From: an uncultured Gemmatimonadales bacterium | GTDB taxonomy: Bacteria; Gemmatimonadota; Gemmatimonadetes; Gemmatimonadales; GWC2-71-9 | Assembly: GCA_963798915.1 (NCBI GenBank) | Contig: CAWCVB010000014.1 | Location: 32,001 to 96,000 of the forward strand | Reading direction: 5' to 3' | DNA: 64,000 nt | Part shown: in pieces, positions 48,315 to 58,244 of the stretch | Position numbering within the stretch: position 1 is the first letter of the stretch | How the letters are laid out: each line of letters starts with the position of its first letter | Notes under the pieces: generated by a model | What the model was told of the DNA's origin: nothing | Database searches by the model: none | The model's input: only the letters and a program-made list of their open reading frames with translations | Translations under genes and position numbers: made by a program

Positions 48315-49115
48315 ATGCATCACACTGCCCGGATCTATGTCGTAAACTCGTTCTGCATCTCCGGAACCGATGGCAATCCTGCGGCGGTCTGCATGCTGCC
48401 TGACGGAGGGGACGATCCGGTCTGGATGCAGCTCGTCGCTCGCCAGTTGAATCTGTCCGAGACCGCTTTCGTCCGGCCGCAGACTGCCAATCGCTTCTCC
48501 ATCCGCTGCTTCAGTCCGGCTGCAGAGGTTCCTCTTTGTGGTCACGCGACGATGGCGGCCGCGCACGCGTTGTACGAAGACGGGTTGGTCGGCGACGGGG
48601 CTGTCACGTTCGAGGCACGGTCGGGTGCTCTGGCGGCGAGCAGGACGAACGAAGGCATCGGACTTGACCTGCCTGCGATTGAGTGTAAACCAGCGCCCGT
48701 CCCTCCGTGGTTTGCCGCAGCCTTCGGGATTATGCCCGTCGAATTTCGGGCCGGGCCTGCCAAATACCTTGCGGAGTTGTCCCATGACTCGGAAGTCCGC
48801 GACCTTGCGCCGGACTTTGGCTTGTTGCGCAAGGTGGCCGATCGGGGAGTCATCGTGACGAGCCGGAGTGTGCACAGCTCGTACGACGTCGTGTCGCGCT
48901 ATTTCGCGGCCTACGTGGGCGTTGATGAGGACCCCGTCACAGGCTCGGCACATTGCTGCCTCGGTCCCTACTGGGCTCCGTTGCTGGGCAAGAGTGACAT
49001 CCTGGCCTTTCAGGCGTCTCCCCGGGGTGGTCGCATCAGGGTCAGACTGAACGGAGATCGCGTCTTGCTGTCAGGCGCGACGAGGACGGTGCTTGCGGGT
49101 GAGCTGCGGCTTTAG
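48315..49115 (+). CDS. PhzF-family isomerase
   Basis: GNPAAV, NLSETAF, EVPLCGHAT, EDPVTGSAH. Confidence 0.93.
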   Translation: MHHTARIYVVNSFCISGTDGNPAAVCMLPDGGDDPVWMQLVARQLNLSETAFVRPQTANRFSIRCFSPAAEVPLCGHATMAAAHALYEDGLVGDGAVTFEARSGALAASRTNEGIGLDLPAIECKPAPVPPWFAAAFGIMPVEFRAGPAKYLAELSHDSEVRDLAPDFGLLRKVADRGVIVTSRSVHSSYDVVSRYFAAYVGVDEDPVTGSAHCCLGPYWAPLLGKSDILAFQASPRGGRIRVRLNGDRVLLSGATRTVLAGELRL

Positions 49116-49226
49116 TCAGTAGGATGGGGCGGCAGTAGGCTGGTTCGCCTCCAATCGAGTGACGCTCATTGGGCCCGAATGGAGACCGCCTCGCGGGTCG
49201 CAATCTGAGGGATAGGAGACCGACAG

Positions 49227-49638
49227 TTGGCTGAGCTGGCCCTTGTGACTCTGAGCGTTCGGGACTACGACGATGCGATCAGATTCTTTGTGGATGCGCT
49301 CGGATTCGAGCTCGCCGACGACAGCCCATCGAAGTCCAACGACGGGCGGCCCAAGCGATGGGTCGTGGTGCGCCGCCAGGGAGGCCAGACCGGAATCGTC
49401 CTCTCTCGCGCTGACAACGAAGAGCAAGTCAATATGGTTGGCAGGCAGTTTGTCGGCCGAGTCGGCCCCTTTGTCAGCGTCGACGACTTCGATGCCAGCC
49501 AGGCGCGGGATGGCCGCTGCAGGAGTCCGATTCGTCTCAGAGCCTTGCTGCGAGCCGTATGGAAGGGTGGCCGTGTTTGAGGATCTGGAGGGCAACCACT
49601 GGGACCTGCTGGGGCCCAGGTCTGCCAGTCAAGCATAA
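49227..49638 (+). pseudogene. VOC/glyoxalase protein with one frameshift
   Basis: VRDYDDAIRFF...VDDFDA in one frame; AAGVRF...EPYGRVAVFEDLEGNHWDL in another; break about 49505. Confidence 0.8.
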
Positions 49639-49678
49639 CAGGCACTCTTCAGCCGTCTCCCTCGCCGACATTCCGTTC

Positions 49679-50386
49679 TTATCCCCTGCCGAGACTCTGA
49701 CGCAGTACGCGAGCGTCGGCCTCGAGCAACTCCGTGGTTACGGTGGTAGCCTCACCGACAGCCTGGCGCTCAATCGCGTCGATGAGCCGTGCGTGAAGGC
49801 CTGAAGTATCCTCGGTGAGTGCTGGATCGTGGATCACTGCCTCAATGGTCTCGCGCAAGACACCCGTGAATGACCGAAAGAGATCGACGAGCAGTGCGTT
49901 GCCTCCGGCCCTGGCAACGGCGAGATGAAAGGCCACGTCCGCTGTGGCGACCCCGTCCTGGTCGCCAGCTACCCGCGCCGCTTGTCGATCGGCGAGACGT
50001 TGGCGGAGTCGGGCGACGTCTTCGGAGGTACGGCGCTGTGCCGCGAACTGGGCACTGGCAATCTCCAGGATCCGCCTGACCTCGTAGACCTCGAGGATCC
50101 GCGCCCTTCGCATGCGCTGATCCAGCGGTTCGCCGGGGATGGGCGTTGCCATGACATAGGTTCCGTCACCTTGACGGACGTCAAGAAGGCCTGCGTGGGC
50201 CAGCACCCCGATTGCCTCGCGCAACGTGGTCCGGCTCACCCCCAGCTGCTCGGTGAGTTCGTCTTCCGTCGGCAAGCGATCCCCGGGGGCAATGCGTCCC
50301 AACGAAATCCACTCCTGGATCTCGTCGATCACGACGTGAGCCAGCCGCCGTCGTTTGCTTGCCAAGCCAAGGCGTGGTCGAGTCAT
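49679..50386 (-). CDS. FadR/GntR-family regulator
   Basis: PGDRLPTE, GVSRTTLREA, RQGDGT, DVAFH. Confidence 0.92.
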   Translation of the reverse strand: MTRPRLGLASKRRRLAHVVIDEIQEWISLGRIAPGDRLPTEDELTEQLGVSRTTLREAIGVLAHAGLLDVRQGDGTYVMATPIPGEPLDQRMRRARILEVYEVRRILEIASAQFAAQRRTSEDVARLRQRLADRQAARVAGDQDGVATADVAFHLAVARAGGNALLVDLFRSFTGVLRETIEAVIHDPALTEDTSGLHARLIDAIERQAVGEATTVTTELLEADARVLRQSLGRG

Positions 50387-50390
50387 CAAA

Positions 50391-50537
50391 TCATAGTATG
50401 ACCCTCCCGAGGCCTGGTCAAGGAGGATCCCGGGCTCGCCTGACTCCGCCGTAGCGCTTCTCGCCTCAAGACCCTTCCGCAACCGCTGAGCTTGGCCATT
50501 GACCGGCTGTTCGCACAGACATATTATCATCATATGA
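50391..50537. promoter_or_regulatory. back-to-back promoters, each overlapped by TCAT-N3-ATGA
   Basis: Minus: TTGACC-N17-TACTAT-N6-ATG. Plus: TTGACC-N17-TATTAT-N6-ATG. Palindromes at 50391-50401 and 50527-50537. Confidence 0.75.
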
Positions 50538-53245
50538 ATTGGCGGAAGGACGGAAGCATCATCGCGGCGGGCCGCGTATCCAGTGCGCTTGCCGGATTGA
50601 CCCTGCTCGCGGGCACGGGCCCACGGCTCGCCGCCCAATCGGCCAGTCCAGCATCGGTCCCTGAAGCGCGGGCCGTGGTGCGCCATGGCCCGATTGCCCT
50701 CGATGGCGTGCTCGACGAGACAGCATGGGCAGCCGCCCTCCCTGCGTCGGGCTTCCGCCAGCAGGATCCGCTTGCGGGCGCGGCAGCGACCCAGCGCACC
50801 GAGGTGCGCTTTCTCTTTGATGAAGAGGCGCTGTATGTCGGGGCGAGAATGTACGATGCGCTGGGTGCGGGCGGAGTCGCCACACGGCGGGGCCGGAGGG
50901 ATGCGAACCCCCAGGCAGACTATTTCATGATCGTGCTCGACACCTACCACGACCACCTGGGACGGACTGTCTTCCGGACGAACCCCTCCGGGGTTCTCTA
51001 TGACGCGCAAGCGCTGGGCAATGGGAATCCGGATCCTTCTTGGGACGCCGTCTGGCAGGTGGCCACCAGGGTCGACTCGCTCGGTTGGACAGCCGAGATC
51101 CGGATTCCCTTTTCTCAACTCCGGTTTCCGGCGGCCTCGCGCGCAACCGTCTGGGGCCTGCAGTTGTGGCGTTACGTCCAGCGTCTCAACGAAACCACGC
51201 AATGGTCATACTGGACCAAGGAGCAGGCCGGCGGTCCGGCCTTCTTTGGGCACTTGGTGGGTCTTGAGCTTCCCCGCGGCGAGCATCAGCTCGAGCTGCT
51301 GCCCTACGGCGTGATGAAGCACAGTGATTTCGGAAGCCTCGGTGGCGTGCCGGAAGACGGGCGGCAGCGATCCACGGCGCTCGATGCCGGGGGCGATCTC
51401 AAACAAGCCCTGACCGCTGACCTTCGACTCTCGGCCACCGTCAACCCGGACTTTGCTCAGGTGGAGGCGGATCCCGCGGTCCTGAACCTCACGGCGTTCG
51501 AGACATTCTATCCCGAGAAGCGGCCGTTCTTTGTGGACGACGGGGGACTGTTCAAGTTCGGAATGACAAGCTGCCTGCTTTGCCTTGATGCACCTGCCCA
51601 CACCCTCTTCTACTCCCGCCGCATTGGAGGCGCTCCCCGGACACTGCAGGGCGGGGCCTTGCTCGGCCTCCCGCGGAGCACCCCGATCCTTGGTGCGGCG
51701 CGGCTCCAGGCCCAGACGGGAGACGTGTCGATAGGAATTCTCGATGCCATCATCTCGCCGGCCAGCGGGGTCGGGCGCGATAGTTCGGGAGATATCACTC
51801 CGGTGCCGCTGGCCCCATCCGCCGATTACTTCGCGGCGCGGGCCAAATGGACGGTGCAGGACGGTAATCTGCTGCTGGGCGGGGAATTCATCGGACTGAA
51901 GCGTGGATCCAGCGCCGCTCCGCTCGGTCTGGTCAGCCAGTCTCTAGTGGTTGGGGGAGATCTGGATTGGTGGTGGAGCAACCACACCTACCATCTGTTG
52001 TCCAGCATTGCCGTCTCCTCCGTGTCCGGCGCACCCGGAGCACTTCTCCGGGTCCAGCGAGCAAGTGCACGGTATTTTCAGCGGCCCGACCGAGTGCGCT
52101 CCGGGGCCGGTTTCTTCGGGGACGGGTACGATTCCTTGCGTACCCGCCTTTCCGGCTACTGGAGTTATACCAGACTCGCGCGGGACGCCGGCCGGTGGAA
52201 TTGGGAGGCGATCCTGGACATCATCAGCCCCGGGTTTGAGCTGAACGACGCCGGATTTCTGCCGACCGCCGACGCGATCGCCATGACTTCGAACATCCAG
52301 CGGAACTTCACCACGCCGGGGCGACTCTTTCACTCGCTCGCAGTGGTTGCGGGCGCGGACCAGCGATACAACTTCGAGCATGACCTGGTAGGCCGGGATC
52401 TACACGTCGGCATCAGCGCGGTGCTGCCAAACTACTGGACGATCACTGGCACGCTTGCCTTGCGCCCCGCGCTGGTGGACGACAGGCTCGCGCGTGGCGG
52501 GCCAGCGCTCCCGATCGCGGCGTCGCAGGCCGAATCCCTCGCGGTAACCACGGATTCTCGCGGGAAGCTAAGCGCCACGGCGGCATTTTCCGGGCAGCAG
52601 ATGGGCGATGGGGGCCATCTCTACCGATCCGCGCTGGCCGTCGTCTTGCGGCCAGCAAGCAACGTCGGCCTGACACTCACGCCGAGTCTTTCGTGGGGAA
52701 CCGACGAGGCGCAGTATGTCACGACGGTATCCGATTCAACAGCCACCGCGTGGTCCGGCCAGCGCTACGTCTTTGCCACGCTGGACCGTCGCACGGCCGG
52801 TCTTGAAGGCCAGGTGAATGTTTCCCTCACGGGAACGCTGTCGTTCGATGCGTACGCCCAGCTCCTCCTGGCCGGCGGAGACTTTACTCAGTTCAAGGAA
52901 TACAGCGCGCCGCGTTCGTTGTCGCGCAATATCTATGGGCGCGACATTGGAACGATCAGCCAGGACCGCACCGACGGATCGTACACCATCGATCCCGACG
53001 GCGCCGGTCCCGCGGCCGCATTCGCCCTGGCCAGACCCGATTTCAGCGCGCAGTCCTGGCGCCACAACCTGGTGCTGCGCTGGGAGTATCGCCCCGGGTG
53101 CAGCCTGTACCTGGTCTGGACCCAGACCCGCCAGGGACGCAGTGCGCTCGGCAATGTAGACATATGGCGCGACGGGTCGGCGCTGTTCCGCCAGCCGGCG
53201 GATAACGTGCTCCTCGTCAAAGCTTCCTACCGCCTTGCGTTCTGA
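50534..53245 (+). CDS. CBM9-like + DUF5916 outer-membrane protein
   Basis: IALDGVLDETAW, WTAEIRIPFSQLRF, NPDFAQVEAD, PEKRPFF, LFYSRRIG, VLRWEYRPG; terminal Phe. Confidence 0.85.
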   Translation: MNWRKDGSIIAAGRVSSALAGLTLLAGTGPRLAAQSASPASVPEARAVVRHGPIALDGVLDETAWAAALPASGFRQQDPLAGAAATQRTEVRFLFDEEALYVGARMYDALGAGGVATRRGRRDANPQADYFMIVLDTYHDHLGRTVFRTNPSGVLYDAQALGNGNPDPSWDAVWQVATRVDSLGWTAEIRIPFSQLRFPAASRATVWGLQLWRYVQRLNETTQWSYWTKEQAGGPAFFGHLVGLELPRGEHQLELLPYGVMKHSDFGSLGGVPEDGRQRSTALDAGGDLKQALTADLRLSATVNPDFAQVEADPAVLNLTAFETFYPEKRPFFVDDGGLFKFGMTSCLLCLDAPAHTLFYSRRIGGAPRTLQGGALLGLPRSTPILGAARLQAQTGDVSIGILDAIISPASGVGRDSSGDITPVPLAPSADYFAARAKWTVQDGNLLLGGEFIGLKRGSSAAPLGLVSQSLVVGGDLDWWWSNHTYHLLSSIAVSSVSGAPGALLRVQRASARYFQRPDRVRSGAGFFGDGYDSLRTRLSGYWSYTRLARDAGRWNWEAILDIISPGFELNDAGFLPTADAIAMTSNIQRNFTTPGRLFHSLAVVAGADQRYNFEHDLVGRDLHVGISAVLPNYWTITGTLALRPALVDDRLARGGPALPIAASQAESLAVTTDSRGKLSATAAFSGQQMGDGGHLYRSALAVVLRPASNVGLTLTPSLSWGTDEAQYVTTVSDSTATAWSGQRYVFATLDRRTAGLEGQVNVSLTGTLSFDAYAQLLLAGGDFTQFKEYSAPRSLSRNIYGRDIGTISQDRTDGSYTIDPDGAGPAAAFALARPDFSAQSWRHNLVLRWEYRPGCSLYLVWTQTRQGRSALGNVDIWRDGSALFRQPADNVLLVKASYRLAF

Positions 53246-53297
53246 TCTCACTCGGATTCGCCATCGCACGCCGGCGCCTCGCCGCGGAGTGGTTTCC

Positions 53298-54415
53298 ATG
53301 CGGCGCGCGACGGCGCTCGGCGAGCTCGCCCGGTTGTTCCTGCGGCTGGGGGGAACGGCCTTCGGCGGGCCCGGGGCCCACATCGCGATGATGGAAGACG
53401 AAGTCGTCCGGCGTCGCAGCTGGCTCACGCACGACGAGTTCATTGATTATCTCGGCGTCACCAGCCTGATTCCCGGGCCCAATTCCACCGAAATGGCCAT
53501 GCATGTCGGGTGGGTTCCGCGGGCCTCCCCGGGCTTTTGGTCGCCGGCCTGTCATTCATCCTGCCTGCGGCAGGCATGGTAGCTGCGATGGCCTGGGCTT
53601 ACGTGCGCTTCGGCGTCGTTGCCGCGGCGGCTCCGCTGCTATACGGGATCAAGCCGGTGGTCATTGCGGTGGTGGTACGGGCGCTCTGGCGATTGGCGGG
53701 CAGGGCGGTCAAGTCGACTTGGTTGGGCCTTCTGGGCCTGGGCGCCGGCGGCGCCAGTCTGTTCGGACTCAATGAGCTGGCCATTCTGGCCGGGGCCGCC
53801 GTGATCGCGATGGCCGCACAGTCGCGACCTGACCGAAGGATGCTGGCATTGCTTCCCATTCCTCTGGGATTGGCGGGCGTTGGGACACCGTTCGGGCTGG
53901 GCAAGCTCTTTTTGATTTTTCTGAAAATCGGCGCCGTCCTCTTTGGCAGTGGCTATGTGTTGCTGGCGTTCCTGCGCGCGGACTTGGTCGACCGTCTCCA
54001 TTGGATCACGAACCAGCAGCTGCTGGATGCAGTGGCCGTCGGGCAGGTGACTCCTGGGCCCCTGTTCACCACCGCCACCTTCATCGGCTACACCCTGGGT
54101 GGCTGGGTGGGCGCCGCTGCCGCAACCGTCGGCATTTTCACGCCTGCATTCGCGTATGCCGCCCTGAGCAACCGGGTCGTCCCACTCTTGCGCCGGTCGC
54201 TCGTAGCCGGGGCAGCACTGGACGGGATCAACGTTGCCTCCCTTGCCCTGATGGCGACGGTCACGCTGTATCTGGGTCGCACCGCGCTGGCCGACTGGCC
54301 GAGCATGGTCATCGCCAGTGTGAGTGCGCTCGTGCTGTTTCGCACTCGGCTGAATTCCGCGTGGCTGGTGCTGGGAGGCGCTGCAGCGGGTTACCTGATT
54401 TATGCCGTCCGCTAG
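53298..54415 (+). pseudogene. chrA: chromate transporter with one frameshift
   Basis: FGGP, PGPNSTE in frame 1; FGSGYVL, TPGPLFT in frame 2; break about 53517. Confidence 0.85.
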
Positions 54416-54474
54416 CACGACGTTGCTTCCGCCGCGCATCCATCGTAGGTGCGACAATTACATCGGAGCCGGAC

Positions 54475-55257
54475 ATGACTACTCAGCATCACGCTGTCGT
54501 CCGCCGGGCCTTTGCCGCGCAAGCCGAGAACTGGGGATTCCTCTGGCAGGCAGAGACCGACCCGCTCCTCGCGTGGGTGGCCGAGACCCTCGGCGCTGAC
54601 CTTGGCGAAGCGATGCTGGATGTCGCGGCCGGTACCGGATTACTGGGGCGGTTGCTCGCGTCCCGGATGCAGCGCGTCACGGCGCTGGACGTCAGCCCGG
54701 CCATGCTGCGAGAAGGCCGGCGTCAGGCCGCACGATGCGGCATCACGAACATCACGTTTAGATCAGGTGCTGCGGAAGCTATTCCGTATCGGGATGGCTG
54801 TTTCGACCTGGTGACCTGTCGGTTCGCCTTTCATCACGTCGTACGTCCCCAGGCATGCCTGCGCGAAATGCTGCGTGTGTGCAGGCTTGGCGGACGGCTG
54901 GTCCTCATCGACATGCTTGCCCCCGAAGATCCGGTCCTGGCGCATCGCTACAATTCCATGGAGCGGCTGCGTGATGCCTCGCACCTGCAGGCGCTGACTC
55001 CGCGTGAATGGAGGCAGCTGATCGACGAGGCAGGGCTGATACGGATCAGTGCGGAAGTGGCCGACGCAACGGTTGACCTAGAATCCTGGCTTGACTTCGG
55101 GCGTGCCGGCCTCGCTCAGAGGGGAAAAATCCGATCCGCCATTGAACGAGAGCTGGCGAGCGGGGACGCCACCGGACTTCGGCCGATGAGGGGGGAGGCG
55201 GGCCGCTTGGTCTTTCGTCAGTCTCACATTGCGTCGATTTGCCGGAAGGCGGAATAG
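54475..55257 (+). CDS. class I SAM methyltransferase
   Basis: LDVAAGTG, FDLVTCRFAFHH, RDASH. Confidence 0.88.
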   Translation: MTTQHHAVVRRAFAAQAENWGFLWQAETDPLLAWVAETLGADLGEAMLDVAAGTGLLGRLLASRMQRVTALDVSPAMLREGRRQAARCGITNITFRSGAAEAIPYRDGCFDLVTCRFAFHHVVRPQACLREMLRVCRLGGRLVLIDMLAPEDPVLAHRYNSMERLRDASHLQALTPREWRQLIDEAGLIRISAEVADATVDLESWLDFGRAGLAQRGKIRSAIERELASGDATGLRPMRGEAGRLVFRQSHIASICRKAE

Positions 55258-55359
55258 AGCAGACGCACGAAGCGACCCTTGCGACATTCGGGATGTGGAC
55301 GCCACGAATACCTCGGCGTTGTCTGCTGCAAGCAGCGATCCGGCCGTTCCGTGCCGGAG

Positions 55360-55701
55360 CTAGGGCGCGAACATCTCCGCGAGGTGCGCCAGCACGGTCT
55401 CGACGGTGGCGGACCTCAGGGCGCCCAGTCGGCGCACGAGCCGCTCGTGATCCACAGTGCGGAGCTGATCCAGCACCACGTGCCCCTTCTTCTGCTGGAA
55501 CTGACATCCGACCCGGAACGGGTAAGGATGGCCACCGGTGGTCATGGGGGCCACGATCGCGGTCCGAAGGTGATGGTTAAGCTCGTCCGGCGACACGATC
55601 ACGCAGGGGCGGGTCTTCCGAATCTCGCGGCCGAGCGTCGGGTCGAGGGCAACGAGATAGACCTCGCCGCGACTCGGTCCCCGCGCCGTTACCACGTCCA
55701 C
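55360..55701 (-). CDS. mazF: PemK/MazF toxin
   Basis: RGEVYLVALDPTLGREIRKTRPCVIVSP, DQLRTVD. Confidence 0.92.
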   Translation of the reverse strand: MDVVTARGPSRGEVYLVALDPTLGREIRKTRPCVIVSPDELNHHLRTAIVAPMTTGGHPYPFRVGCQFQQKKGHVVLDQLRTVDHERLVRRLGALRSATVETVLAHLAEMFAP

Positions 55702-55931
55702 TCCGTCTTATCGAACCGGGTGGGTGTCGGGGCGTCGAGCTGATCCTCGTCCCGGTCCCGCGCGGCGGCGGCGTCGGCCCAGGTGGCGCGGGGCGCGGTG
55801 GCCGGCGTGATGATGATGCTTCCGGGTTCGGCAGAGACATCGACTTCCTCGGGGAGGCCGGCCTGCTCGAGGAGCAGCTTGGGGATCCGGACGCCCTGGG
55901 AGTTCCCGATCCGGACGATGCGGGTCTTCAT
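55689..55931 (-). CDS. mazE: AbrB/MazE antitoxin
   Basis: RIGNSQGVRIPK; AGGAGG RBS; overlaps toxin. Confidence 0.9.
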   Translation of the reverse strand: MKTRIVRIGNSQGVRIPKLLLEQAGLPEEVDVSAEPGSIIITPATAPRATWADAAAARDRDEDQLDAPTPTRFDKTEWTW

Positions 55932-55945
55932 CGAACCTCCTTGAC

Positions 55946-55965
55946 TGTAGCTACAATGTAACTAC
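55946..55965. promoter_or_regulatory. toxin-antitoxin operator palindrome
   Basis: GTAGCTACA-A-TGTAACTAC upstream of mazE. Confidence 0.65.
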
Positions 55966-56301
55966 GTCTTGGCCTGCCCGCAACCGAGCCGCCGAGAACG
56001 GCCTGATGCCGCTCGCACCAGCTACAAGCATTCTGGCCAGCATCAGCGAGCCGGAGGCGGACACGGCGCTCTGGAGATTGAACGGGCCACCGATGACGGC
56101 GATGATGTGCCAGGCGCTCACGTTCGACCCCTCTCCAGTCACCAGCCCTGCGGCAACGAGGGCAAAGGGAATGAGAGTCAGCAGCACCCCGCCTATCGCT
56201 CCTCACGCATCGAACCGGGCCAGCGAGAGTTCGCTGAAGCGCTGCCGGCGCCCATCCATGCTGAGCACAATCGAGAAAAACGCACCCGCGAAGAAGCCGG
56301 C
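55951..56301 (-). pseudogene. 5'-truncated membrane protein remnant with a nonsense codon
   Basis: AGFFAGAFFSIVLSMDGRRQRFSELSLARFDA*GAIGGVLL (TGA at 56203-56205); no start codon for the N-terminal part. Confidence 0.55.
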
Positions 56302-56325
56302 GGACCACTGTGCAGTCCGCCGGCT
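56295..56325 (-). terminator. hairpin after the cytochrome c gene
   Basis: AGCCGGCGGAC-N9-GTCCGCCGGCT, followed by TCTT on the minus strand. Confidence 0.6.
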
Positions 56326-56341
56326 CCCTCAACCCCCAGCG

Positions 56342-57346
56342 TCAGAGCGTTTCGAGAAATGCAATCAGCGCTTCCCGCTCAGCCTCGGTGAGGTGCAGCG
56401 GCGCAATGCCAAGCCGCTGTGCGGCCGGTGAGTTGCTGAACCGCTGGCTGTTGTAGAAGTCGACCACCGCCCGCAGAGTGGCCAGGCTGTTGTCATGGAA
56501 GAAGGGTGGACTCTTGGCCACACCGCGCAGCTGGGGTGTGTTGAATGCGGCGCCCCCCTGCGCGCAATCCGGCAAGGAGGGCTCGATCCGGCAGCGGCCC
56601 GGATCGTCAGCCGGTTCGTCCGGCCGCCGTGCCACGATGCCGTGGAACTGGTTGTCGGTCAAGAGCGGCGGCACATGGCAGCTGGTGCATGATGCTTTCC
56701 CGAAAAACAACTTGCGTCCCTCGCGTGCCCTGGCTGACAGGAGATCGAGGCCCACGCCCCCCGTTGCTGGCTCGGACATCGCCTCTTCGAACGCAACGAT
56801 GGCGTCCAACTCCTCCGGAGTGGGTACCCGCTCGCCGGGCCGGTCCGCCGCGCCGTCCAGCAGGTGCAACAGCGCCGCCTCGGCCGCCTGCTCCTGGAGC
56901 GTGGCCGCCCGCCCGTCGGAGGTAAACGGGGCGGTGCGGCGAACATTGCGGATGGTGGGAATACCGCGGAAGACCGTCATCTGCGGGCTGAACAGGGAGG
57001 CGCCGCCCAGTGGATAGCGGATCATGCCGCGCGCGGCCATCTGGGGATCGACGTCCATGGCCCCCGCAAAGAAGGGGTCGTCCGGCGAAAGCCGGGCGAT
57101 GTCCGCTGGCGTGAGGACGAGCGTCGGGGCGGGATGGCAGGTGCCGCAGGTGCGGCCATTGCCGCCGAAGGTCTCGTTGAAGAAGAGCTGGCGACCGCGC
57201 TCGACGAGAGCGGGGTGACCGCTCGCCGCCGAGAACGTTGCCGCGGATACGTCGGTCGGAGCAGGGCCGTCGCACGCGAATGAGCACACCGCGGCCATCA
57301 CGACTGCCAACCGTACGCCCTGCTCGCGACCGCACAACCTGAACAT
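56342..57346 (-). CDS. di-haem cytochrome c peroxidase/MauG-like lipoprotein
   Basis: CGTCH and CTSCH; TAPFTSDGR, FNTPQLR, PPFFHD; SFAC lipobox. Confidence 0.85.
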   Translation of the reverse strand: MFRLCGREQGVRLAVVMAAVCSFACDGPAPTDVSAATFSAASGHPALVERGRQLFFNETFGGNGRTCGTCHPAPTLVLTPADIARLSPDDPFFAGAMDVDPQMAARGMIRYPLGGASLFSPQMTVFRGIPTIRNVRRTAPFTSDGRAATLQEQAAEAALLHLLDGAADRPGERVPTPEELDAIVAFEEAMSEPATGGVGLDLLSARAREGRKLFFGKASCTSCHVPPLLTDNQFHGIVARRPDEPADDPGRCRIEPSLPDCAQGGAAFNTPQLRGVAKSPPFFHDNSLATLRAVVDFYNSQRFSNSPAAQRLGIAPLHLTEAEREALIAFLETL

Positions 57347-57350
57347 GGGG

Positions 57351-58010
57351 CTACTCCGCGCGTCCGGGAGCGCCCGGCGCCGAGAACATTGAGAGGGCCG
57401 CATTGGCGCACCCGACCATCGGCAGGTTGCAGAAGGTGGCGAAGGTGCCCGTCTGCAGCGCCAGGTTGGCCGGATCGGTCTCGGCCGGGCCATGGTTCCG
57501 GACCACCACATGGACTTCCGCCCTGAATGGATTGTCCACGCCCGAGGCGTCACCAACCTGGAGGGACTTTCCTTCGATGTCATGACGGAGCAGGTGCGTC
57601 TGATGATAGACGGTGCTGCCGGTGGCCACGAAGCCACCGCCATTCACCAGGCTGCCCTGCGCCTCGCGAACCGCAAGGTCGGAGGGATCGCAGGCGTCAA
57701 CGCATCCCTGAGGATTGTCGAAGATGCCCCACCAGATGCTGTACGCATAGCCCGGGGTCAGGCCGTCCACCGCGAGATCCGCCCAGAGTCCTTCAGCTGT
57801 CCGCGTCAGGGTCACCGTTCCTGAGATGCCTGAGCCGCCCACCGCGCTGAGGGGCAGTTCGGTCTCAATCACCGGCGCGGCAGCGCTGGCGAGCGACACC
57901 GGCCCGGCAAGAGCATTGGCTCCGCTGGGCGCCAGGGAGTCGCTACCAGTACAACCTGCGAGTTGGGTCATCGCCGCCAACAGGGCAAGCGGCAAGAGTT
58001 TGCTGCCCAT
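57351..58010 (-). CDS. Cys/His-containing hypothetical lipoprotein
   Basis: AAGGAG RBS; LAGC lipobox; WWGIFDNPQGC..ACD, EVHVVVRNHGP. Confidence 0.75.
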   Translation of the reverse strand: MGSKLLPLALLAAMTQLAGCTGSDSLAPSGANALAGPVSLASAAAPVIETELPLSAVGGSGISGTVTLTRTAEGLWADLAVDGLTPGYAYSIWWGIFDNPQGCVDACDPSDLAVREAQGSLVNGGGFVATGSTVYHQTHLLRHDIEGKSLQVGDASGVDNPFRAEVHVVVRNHGPAETDPANLALQTGTFATFCNLPMVGCANAALSMFSAPGAPGRAE

Positions 58011-58172
58011 CTTTGCACTCTCCTTGGAAAGGACTTGGAACTGCGTTAGCCGTCGTTGTCCCCTGTTAACGAGCAATGGCCGGTGGCGAGGACAACGGCG
58101 ATGATGGGTGAAATGCGCATGGAGCAGCTCCGGCCTGGGAAGTGGGGCATCGTCGTCCCCCTGCATTCCATT

Positions 58173-58199
58173 ACACCGAACCCGTCAAAGCGGGGCCAC
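58173..58199 (-). promoter_or_regulatory. candidate ECF promoter, copy A
   Basis: GTGGCCCC-gctttgacggg-TTCGGTGT on the minus strand. Confidence 0.7.
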
Positions 58200-58244
58200 C
58201 CCGAAGCCCGGCGAGCTTCCATGCCTGCATCGGCGAGCTGCCGT

